In this document: piece by piece, positions 20,065 through 30,200 of the stretch
Layout: each line of letters begins with the position of its first letter
Numbering within the stretch: the first letter of the stretch is position 1
Virus record (IMG/VR): IMGVR_UViG_3300023273_001138
Source: an uncultured virus (IMG/VR IMGVR_UViG_3300023273_001138)
Lineage: Duplodnaviria > Heunggongvirae > Uroviricota > Caudoviricetes
Direction: 5' to 3' (one strand)
Length of the DNA stretch: 64,000 nucleotides
Position numbers and translations under genes: made by a program
Notes under the pieces: generated by a model
What the model was told of the DNA's origin: nothing
Database searches by the model: none
What the model saw: the letters and a program-made list of their open reading frames with translations, nothing else

Positions 20065-20523
20065 ATGTATATAAAAGTAAGCGGTTCAGAAATAACATAT
20101 CCATACACCTTAGATAATTTAAGGAATGATAATACTAATGTTAGTTTTCCAAAAAACTTAACAAATGATATATTGGCATCTTTTCACACATATCCAATAA
20201 TATATGTGGCTGTTGATATTGATTCCGATTATGAAAAAAATTATGTTGAAGGTACTCCAATTCAAAGCGGTTCTGTTTATGTTCAGAATTGGATAACTTC
20301 TTCGGCATCTGTTGAAGAAATTGCACAAAGAAAAGAAGAAAAGTGGACAGAAATTAGAGAAATACGAAATAATTTATTAAGTGAATGTGATTGGACACAA
20401 ATGAATGATACTCCAATTAGTGGTTCTAAATTAACTGAATGGCAAACATACAGACAATCATTAAGAGATATTACATCCCAATCAAATCCATTTGAAATAA
20501 CTTGGCCCACTAAGCCGGAGTAG
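20065..20523 (+). CDS. Tail fibre assembly chaperone-like protein
   Basis: C-terminal IREIRNNLLSECDWTQ...W..YRQ.LRDI....WPTKP signature. Confidence 0.8.
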   Translation: MYIKVSGSEITYPYTLDNLRNDNTNVSFPKNLTNDILASFHTYPIIYVAVDIDSDYEKNYVEGTPIQSGSVYVQNWITSSASVEEIAQRKEEKWTEIREIRNNLLSECDWTQMNDTPISGSKLTEWQTYRQSLRDITSQSNPFEITWPTKPE

Positions 20524-20539
20524 TAAACAAAAATTAGTT

Positions 20540-20548
20540 ATATTTATA
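20540..20548 (+). promoter_or_regulatory. Putative late-promoter motif ATATTTATA
   Basis: Recurrent intergenic motif, 23 nt before the ATG at 20572. Confidence 0.6.
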
Positions 20549-20571
20549 CCTATAACCAATGGATTAGATAA

Positions 20572-20889
20572 ATGAGAATAGATTCACCCATTTTTTCAGG
20601 TTCGATTGAACAATCGTTATCAGCATACGCTGATTTAAGTGGTTCGTTTACTGGTTCCTTTACTGGTTCCTTTACTGGAGATATATCGGTAACTGAAGCA
20701 GAGTTTGATAGATTGATTGTAAACGATACAATTACAATTGGTGAAGAAAATACAAGTGGTACGTCTGTAATTGTTTCTCAATCCATTCAAGTTAGTGGTT
20801 CTGTTAACATTGGACCTGATGATTCGTTCAATGTTGATGGAGTAAATGTTTTAGATTCAGCAATCGCTTTTGCAATTGCTTTGGGATAA
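20572..20889 (+). CDS. Small virion protein, hypothetical
   Basis: SGSFTGSFTGSF motif shared with the giant fibres; C-terminal AIAFAIALG. Confidence 0.6.
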   Translation: MRIDSPIFSGSIEQSLSAYADLSGSFTGSFTGSFTGDISVTEAEFDRLIVNDTITIGEENTSGTSVIVSQSIQVSGSVNIGPDDSFNVDGVNVLDSAIAFAIALG

Positions 20890-20900
20890 AGGAATAAAAT

Positions 20901-21233
20901 ATGGCAAATACATTTAAAAATAGTATTAAAGGACCCGCTGGAACAGGCGGTTTATCAGTTTATACCTGTCCTGCTGCAACTTCGGCAACTGTGATTGGTG
21001 TAAATGTGGCAAATATAGTATCACAAAATATTAATGTAGATGTTCAGATAACTGATAACTCTGCATCGGTAACTAAATATTTATTAAAAGGTGCTGTAAT
21101 TCCACAAGGTTCTTCAACAATATTGGTTGGTGGGGAGCAAAAAGTAGTATTAGAAGCAAACGATTCAATAACTGTAACATCTTCGGTGAATTCATCGGCA
21201 GATGTTGTAGTATCAGTATTAGAAATTACATAA
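20901..21233 (+). CDS. Small beta-rich virion protein, conserved hypothetical
   Basis: MANTFKN...VYTCPA...KVVLEAND...SVLEIT pattern typical of small phage structural proteins next to fibres. Confidence 0.65.
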   Translation: MANTFKNSIKGPAGTGGLSVYTCPAATSATVIGVNVANIVSQNINVDVQITDNSASVTKYLLKGAVIPQGSSTILVGGEQKVVLEANDSITVTSSVNSSADVVVSVLEIT

Positions 21234-21244
21234 AGTAATAATGT

Positions 21245-24200
21245 ATGAGCTATAAAGGTATAGACCCAAATGGTATAAATCAGATTTCACAATCCTTAGT
21301 TTCACTTTATGTGAATGGGGAAAGGCAAATTGATATATCTACTGAAAATGTTGATATAATCAATGACCTTAATGTTCAAGGTAGTGTATCTGCATCCATA
21401 TTTAGTGGTAGTGGTGAGGAATTATTTAACATACCACCAACGGCTCTTACAACCGATGCTCAAAATCAAATATTTAGTGGTTCCGCAACAGCATCAATTT
21501 CACCTAATAAGGGATTTAAAGTAAATGTAGATACATCTATTAGTGGTGCATTAAATGTATCCGAATCTTTAACTGTTGGTGGAGTAATTAGTGGTGATGG
21601 TAGTGGAATTACAAATATTAATGCGGATTCCATTGGTGATATTGATAAATTAAAATCAGGTTCAGCTGAAGCTGTGATTTCACCAAATTTAGGATTTGAA
21701 ATTAATGTAGATACTGAAATAAGTGGTACATTAGATATTAGTGGTTCGTTAAGAACAGATGATACTTTAAAAGTAGATAAATCTGCGGATATTGGTACTG
21801 ATTTAGATGTTGGTAACAATGTAACAATAGGAAATGATTTAACGGTAGCAGGTAAAATTACTTCTACCGAACTTCATACAACATACTTATCATCTTCAGT
21901 AGTTTATGCTACTGGTTCAAACAAATTTGGTGATGGTGCTTCTGATAAGCAAGAGTTCACTGGTTCGGTTGGTATAAAGGGTGATTTAAGTGTTGATGGT
22001 AATATAGATTTTAGTGGAAACTTAACTGCAGATGATTTACCAACAGGTACTTCTTCTGAAGTTGTAGTTTTCGATACAACAACAGGTACATTCCAAAGAA
22101 AGTTTAACGCATCATCTTCTGGTACATCAGGTACCTCTGGTTCATCAGGTTCATCTGGTTCTGGTGGTACATCTGGTTCTGGTGGTACTTCGGGAACTTC
22201 GGGTTCTGGTGGTTCTTCTGGAACAAGCGGAAGTGGTGGTTCATCTGGAACATCTGGTTCTGGTGGTTCAAGTGGTACAAGCGGAAGTGGAGGTTCTTCT
22301 GGTACATCTGGTAGTGGAGGAACATCTGGTAGTGGAGGTTCATCTGGAACATCTGGTTCTGGTGGAACAAGTGGAACTTCTGGAAGTGGAGGTAGTTCAG
22401 GTACATCCGGCTCTGGTGGCTCAAGCGGTACATCAGGTAGTGGTGGTTCATCTGGAACAACTGGTTCATCAGGTACATCTGGTAGTGGTGGAACAAGTGG
22501 AGAAGATGGTACAAGTGGTACGGGAGGTTCTTCTGGTACAGGAGGTTCTTCTGGTACGGGAGGTTCAGCTGGTACATCGGGTAGTGCTGGTACTTCAGCA
22601 ACTGCTGGAACGGCTGGTACATCGGGTTCAAGTGGTTCGAGTGGTACAACTGGTTCTGCTGGTACATCAGGTTCTGGTGGAACAAGTGGTACATCAGGTA
22701 GTGGTGGTTCATCAGGAACTTCAGCATCTTCTGGTACGGGTGGTACATCGGGTAGTGGAGGAACAAGTGGAACTTCTGGAAGTGGAGGTTCATCTGGAAC
22801 AAGTGGTAGTGCAGGTTCAACGGGTTCAGCTGGTTCAAGTGGAACTGGTGGTTCTTCTGGTAGTGGTGGAAGTTCTGGGACAGCAGGAAGTGGAGGTTCG
22901 TCTGGAACAAGTGGTTCTGGTGGTACTTCTGGTACAACAGGTTCATCTGGGACAGGAGGTTCAGCAGGTACATCTGGAAGTGGGGGAACATCCGGCTCTG
23001 GTGGAACAAGTGGTAGTGGAGGTTCATCTGGAACATCAGGTAGTGGTGGTTCGAGTGGTATAACTGGAGCAGGTGGTTCAGCTGGTACAAGTGGTAGTGG
23101 AGGAACTTCAGGTTCTTCGGGTACATCTGGTGATGATGGTACAAGTGGTAGTGGGGGAACATCTGGTTCGGGTGGTTCGTCTGGTACTTCAGCATCTTCT
23201 GGTACTGGTGGTACAGCTGGTACTTCTGGTAGTGGTGGTTCATCTGGTACAAGCGGTTCGGGTGGTACATCAGGTACTTCTGCAACCTCTGGTAGTGGTG
23301 GTTCTGCTGGTACTTCTGGCAGTGGTGGTTCTTCTGGAACATCTGGTAGTGGTGGTTCATCTGGTACAAGTGGTGAACAAGGAACTTCAGGTAGTGATGG
23401 TACATCTGGTAGTGGAGGAACATCTGGTAGTGGTGGAACTTCGGGCTCTGGTGGTTCAAGTGGTACAAGCGGTTCGGGTGGTACATCTGCAACTGCTGGT
23501 AGTGGGGGTACTTCTGGTAGCGGAGGTAGTTCGGGTACATCTGGTAGTGGAGGTTCTTCGGGAACTGCTGGTAGCGGAGGTAGTTCGGGTACATCTGGTA
23601 GTGGAGGTTCTTCGGGAACTGCTGGTAGTGGAGGAACTTCGGGTTCTGGGGGTTCATCTGGAACAAGCGGAAGTGGAGGAACTTCAGGTTCTGCTGGTTC
23701 TTCTGGAACACTTTCTCTAACTGGCAATACTGATAATGGTGTAATTACACTTAATGGTTCAGCACCAAATGCAACTGTTGAATCAAATCTTACTTTTGAT
23801 GGTACAACTCTTAATGTACAAGGTAACTTAACAGTAACAGGTACAACAACAACTGTTAATACTGAAACCATTAATTTAGCAGATAATATTATACTTCTTA
23901 ACTCAAATGAGACTGGTACTCCTTCACAAAATGCTGGTATTGAGATTGAAAGAGGAACTGCTTCTAACAAACAATTTATTTGGAACGAATCTTCTGATAG
24001 ATGGGTAGCCGATTCAAACTTACAAACTTCTGGTAATTTATATTCAACAGGTGGACAATTATTCTTAAATGAAACTGCTGGTGCAATAACCAAAATTACT
24101 AATGAAAATAATCTATCAATTTATTCAGACCACTTAGTAAACTTCTTAGAGAGTGATGCGAGTAGTACTAAAGCAGTATTTGGATTAAATGGTGGTAACT

Positions 24201-27200
24201 TTAGTTTTAATACGGGAACATTAAATACATCATATACGATGTATGTAAATGGTACATTCTTTGCAAATACAGTAAATACTGGACAAGGGAATACTGAGGT
24301 TTATTTAATGAACCAAAATGTTCGTACAACTGATACTCCTAAATTTGCTAACTTACAATTATCATCAAACAATACACCTACAATTTACTTTAATGGTACA
24401 TCTGATGGTGGTGATGGTGCAAGTTCTGATATGGCTATCCAAGCTACACCAGAAGGTTTAAACTTTATTGAGCCGGAGCAAAGTAATAGAATTCAGTTCC
24501 AAATTTTAGATGATACAGGTGTAAATGCACCATATGGTTATCAATTAAATGGTACAACTGTAATTGATACATCTCGTAACTTAGTAAACATTGGTACAAT
24601 TAATACTGGACAGGGTGCAACTGAGGTTTATTTAATGAACCAAAATGTTAGAAGTTCAGATTCACCCACATTTAACAGATTAACTTTATCACAAGCAACT
24701 GGAACGGCTCCTTTGACCGTTTCATCTACAACATTAGTATCAAACCTTAATGCTGATTTATTGGATGGACAACATGGTTCTTACTACGCTATATATGACC
24801 ACATTCGTTCATTAGGAACAAGAGCATTTACTAATGGTTCAAATCCAAATATAACAACTGCTCAAGTAATTTCCGAAATGGAAAGTGATGGGGCATTTGA
24901 TTCATATACTTCGGTATTCAAAACTTCTTGGAGTTATGCTGGAAATTACAACTTAACTGATGCTGGTAGGTTTACCGAAACGGCAGGTTCTTCTTGGATA
25001 ACTTGGACTGATAACTCATCAGATTCTACAAGAGGTAATATTACAGCATTAGCAATTGCACCAAATACAGGTGGTTCTGCTGGTAGAGTATTCATTTACA
25101 ACGACCAAGGTAGTAGTTATGCACCCGGTTGGAGAGAAGTTTGGACTTCACTTTCTGATGGTGCTGGTTCTGGATTGGATGCTGACCTTTGGGATGGGTA
25201 TCAATTCTCAGATTATTTAAACCAAGCGGTAAAAACAAATAGTACTCCAACATTTAGTGGTGTTTATACTTCTAACATTGGTATCAATGATAGTGGATTT
25301 GATGTTTACATTAACTTTAGTGATGCTAATCCAACATTCAGAGGACAAGGACATGGTGGGCAGTTTACCTTCTATGGTGATAAAGACCAAAACGCTTCGA
25401 TTCTTTACTTAGGTTCGATTGATGCAGCTAAAATCGTAGATGCTGGTGTAGCAATGTATGCACCAATTTACTATGATTCGAATGATGATAATTATTATGT
25501 AAATCCTGCAGGAACTTCGAACTTAAATGGATTGACTGTTAATGGTGAAATCAATGGTTCTATTGATGCAGCAACAAGATTATCATCAAATACTGGTACT
25601 GAATCAGATAGTTTCCAATATTGGAACACAATCAATAACTCAACTCTTAATCCTGATACCAATTGGTGGTATGGGATGAGATTAGGACACGGAAACGCAT
25701 CAACTTATTATAGTGCAACACTAGCAATCAGTTTCTTCTCAGATGATATGAGATTTAGAAGATTGCAAGCTGGGACATATCAAACTTGGAGAACAATCGG
25801 ACACGATGGAAATATTCCATATGCGTTCAGAATGAATCAAGATGTTCGTACAACCGATTCACCAACATTTGCTGGGTTAAACTTAGGAAATGGTAATTTA
25901 AATACTGTTGAAAACATTTATTTAGATAATGCTATTATTAGTCAAGGTGATACTAATACTTACATCCAATTCCACGCTGGAGACCAATTTAGAGTTGTAA
26001 CTGGTGGTTCGGAACGGTTAGAAGTAAACAATAGTACTACTACATTAGCTACTAACCTACAAATCAATAGTCATGCTATTGATATGGATTTAAATAATGT
26101 AGCTGATAACGCTATTTCTCTTAGAGAAGTTCGGAATAGTACATGGCCATTTGTCTTTGTAACGAATGGTGTTGGTAACGATAACTCATCTGGATTCTGG
26201 GTAGGTAGTAATGGTTACCCTGATATGAGATTGAGAAGAAATGATGGTACGGTAAGAGCATTAATCTCATCTTGGGAAAGAAGTTATGTAAGTAATGGAT
26301 TCAGTATATCAGGTGGTACACTTGATATGAACAACAATGATATAGTTGGTGTAGACCAAATCATTCATGAAGGTGATTCCGATACTTACATTCAATTCCA
26401 TGCATCCAACGAATGGAGAGTTGTAACTGGCGGTGGCGAAAGATTAGAAGTAAATAATACAAATACAACAATTCAAAATAACTTAATTGTTAATGGTAAT
26501 GTTACCTATAATGGTGGGGTTAATTTGGGTGATGATTACACTATTGGTAAGTTTACTTATGTTTCAATTGGTGATTTAGGTGCTAGTGGAACGCAAGCTC
26601 GTACATTTGAAATTGCTAGATTAGCAATGGATTACAACGATTGGAACGATGCTGGTACATTCGAAGTAGAATTACATGAAGATTACTATGGTAGAGGTGA
26701 TAGAAAAACTTATACTGTTTGGTGGGGATACTATAATGCTTGGCAAGTATATCTAACCGATAGTAGAGTTTGGGCTGATAATAGAATGCAGGTGAGAATC
26801 GGTTCACCAGTAACTATTAGTGGTGATATCAGATATGTTCCTGTTTATGTAGATGTTAGATACTACGGACAGGTTGATGTAATGATTAAAACCAATAAGA
26901 CAGTACAATATACCGATAATACTCCATCAGGCGGACAAGCTTACATTAACAAATCACCTGGCGCAACTAATATCTCAGATTTCACACCGGATTCTGAAGT
27001 ATTCCCAACCGCAAATAGTGGACAGATTGCAGTACCGAGAGTTAGATTCACATCTACTTCGGTTGGTGCTTGGAATGTATTTAACTATGGTGGTGCAGTA
27101 GGTAGTGGTAATTTCCAAGATTGGACAAACTCTGCTGGTGAGATGAATTATATTCAGGTCAATAACTTGGCCTCTGGATTCTCAAATCATCCAACTGGTG

Positions 27201-30200
27201 TGTACACTTATGGTGGTGTTCTTAGTTTGAGAGGTGCAAATCATTCATTCCAATTATACGCAGCACATACTGGTGATTTAGCATACAAAACTCAATGGAA
27301 TAACGATAACTATTCTGGTTGGAGAAGAATTTTAGATTCTACAAACTATCCATACGCTGCAAATATGAACCAATATGTTCGTACAACGGATAGTGTAACA
27401 TTTAACGAAATTTATAACAATGGTTGGTTTAGAAACAACCAAAGTGGTGAAGGTTTATATAACCAAGCAACTGGAGCACATTGGGTTTCAGATGCAGATG
27501 CATCTTGGACTGCTAGAGATTCAGCATCTTCTATAAGAATTAGAATGAAAACTAATGGAAGTTCCGAAAGAGGTTCTTTCTACGCAAATAGTTCTAATCA
27601 AATTGGTATTTTAGATGCTGGTGGAAGTTGGGCAATCAGACACCAAAATGATTATGGTACTCAGTTCTATACCGATGGTACAACTGAAGAATTTAGAATT
27701 GGTAGAGATACTGTAAGTGGTAACTATGGTACTGTCCAAACTCGGACTACTAGAGGTGGTTGGGGTGGATACTCAATCAATGGTGGTTGGGTGTTTATGC
27801 ACGACCATTCAAATGCAGCTGGTATCTACAACGATTACGAAAATGAGTGGGCTATCTTAATGTATAGAAACTCATATGTTCGATTACATTTTAATGGTGC
27901 TGGTAAATTAGAAACTACCAATACGGGTATTAGTGTAACTGGTAATGTTGTTGGTACGGGTACATTAGATATGGATTCAAAATACCACATCTTAGGTGTA
28001 TCAAACAATTGGGATGCAGTTGGACAATATGCACAAACAAACCTACACTTCCAAGGACATCAAATGTTCTGGATTGGAGCGGGTAATGGTACTTGGTTTA
28101 CTGGAACGGCTAACCAAAAATCACAAGCATCTGGTTTAGCAGCTGATGCGAATTACGCACATGACCTTTTAATTACAACTATGTATTCTGATGCTAGTTA
28201 TGATAGGGGTATTACTTTTGCGGTATCAAATAACAATGATGAGAATAGTGGTTGGAGATTAGGTAAATGGCATAGTGGTGATGCACGGGATGCATCGAAA
28301 TTAGTAGTTGATGGTGGTTTATTTGTTAAAGGTGGTTACACCGATGAATACGATTACTACGCAAATGATTACTCATCATATTATTCAGCTCCAGCTGGAC
28401 AACCGCATTGGGGTGGAGATAGTGGATACTTTAATAGACCTTCTGCAACATTCTCAACTGCAATTCAAATTCAAAGTGGTAATGGTGGTACAAATTCACG
28501 TCATCCACAAATTCAATTCCACCAATATGGTTATGGTGGACCTGTAATCGAATATGATGGGCCAGAAGATATACTTAAATTTAGAGGAAATAGTAGTAGA
28601 TTAGATTGGGTACAGTTTGATACTTCTGGTGTAAGTGATGGTTTAAGAATTAACTATGACCAGATTTACTCTTATAATAGACCACTTCACTTAAACCACT
28701 CAGCAAATCAAAACATTTATATGGTTTGTGCTAGTGGCGGTAATGTGGGTATTGGGCATGATACTGCTTCACAACGATTAGATGTAAATGGTTCGGTTAT
28801 TATCCGTACTGATTTATATATGGATAATGGTAGAATCTACGATGTAGAGGATATCTTCTTAAATGACCGGATTTACCACGATTCAGATACCAATACTTAC
28901 ATCCAATTCCATGCAAATGACCAATGGAGAGTTGTAACTGGTGGTGGTGAAAGATTAGAAGTAAACAATGGTACAACTACTGTACAAAACAACTTATATG
29001 TAAATGGTAACCGAAACCGAATAGGTAATGGTAACGATGATAGAACTCACATCAACGATATGTTATATGTGGGTGCTACTGATAGTGGTGATTCTCACTT
29101 ATACTTTGGTGAGGGTGGTTATCATGCTATTTCATATGGTGCACATTGGTATTGGGATAGTGGATACACTTTCTCTTGGTATATGAGAAACAACAACTCA
29201 GATACCTTAATGATGAGATACATTACCAATAACAATGGATATGTTTATTGGTATCGTCATTTCCATATGAACAACTATGATATCAACTATGTAAACCAAT
29301 TACACTTTAACGCTGGTGTTAGATTCTATGATGATTCTAATAACAATTACCTAAATTTCCAAGCCGATGATACAAACGGACCAACTGGTATTCGATTCAG
29401 AGATGGAAATGGTACACAATATGGATATGTGTATGGTGATGGTGATGGTGCAAACTTCGGTTTATTAAATCGGGATGGACAATGGGCAGTTAGAACAACT
29501 AATGTACAAACATCAATGTATTACGATGGTGCTGAGAAAATCTACACTCGTTCAGATGGTGTTTATGTAAATGGAAATATTTTTGCATCAAGATTCTATG
29601 ATACCAATACATCTTACTACTTAGACCCTGCTTCTACTTCTTACTTAAATGATGTTAGAGTAAACATTCTTTATGATAGAGGAGCAACTGGATATTATTG
29701 GCATGGTGGTTCTACTTCTCGTATGTACGCAGCTGAATTCATCAATAGAGTTGTAATTGGTGGTAGATTTGACTACAACGCATATAACTCAGTAGGTTCT
29801 ACGAGATTACATTTTGGTGGTGGTAACTCAGATGCAAATGCTAACTACTATATTGGTACAAATTTAGAAAACTATGGTGGTAACTACACTAAGTTAGATT
29901 TAAGATGGCATACTGGTATCCGTATGGGTGCACAACCTGGTTATGGTGGTATCAGAATGTACAACAATGAAGATTTATCAACAATGTTATTCTCAGTTGG
30001 TAGAAGTTCTCAAGACGTTGAAGTTACTTACAACCTAAGAGTTGGTGGACAGAAAGCAATTAACTCTCGTAACCATCATGTTGGTTCATTTACTAACTTA
30101 GCAACCGCTGAAGATTGGGCAGTAAGTTCAACTGGTAATGGTGCAGCTGCATTGGGTGGAACATTCTCAAACAATGGAGCATCCAATGAAAACTCAATCA

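Noticed and set aside
14521..23705. Possible CRISPR array or DNA satellite
   Set aside because: No constant repeat with unique spacers; variation is at synonymous positions within ORFs.
21904..24093. 729-aa and 535-aa minus-strand ORFs and Val/Leu-rich plus-strand ORFs
   Set aside because: Same low-complexity artefact.
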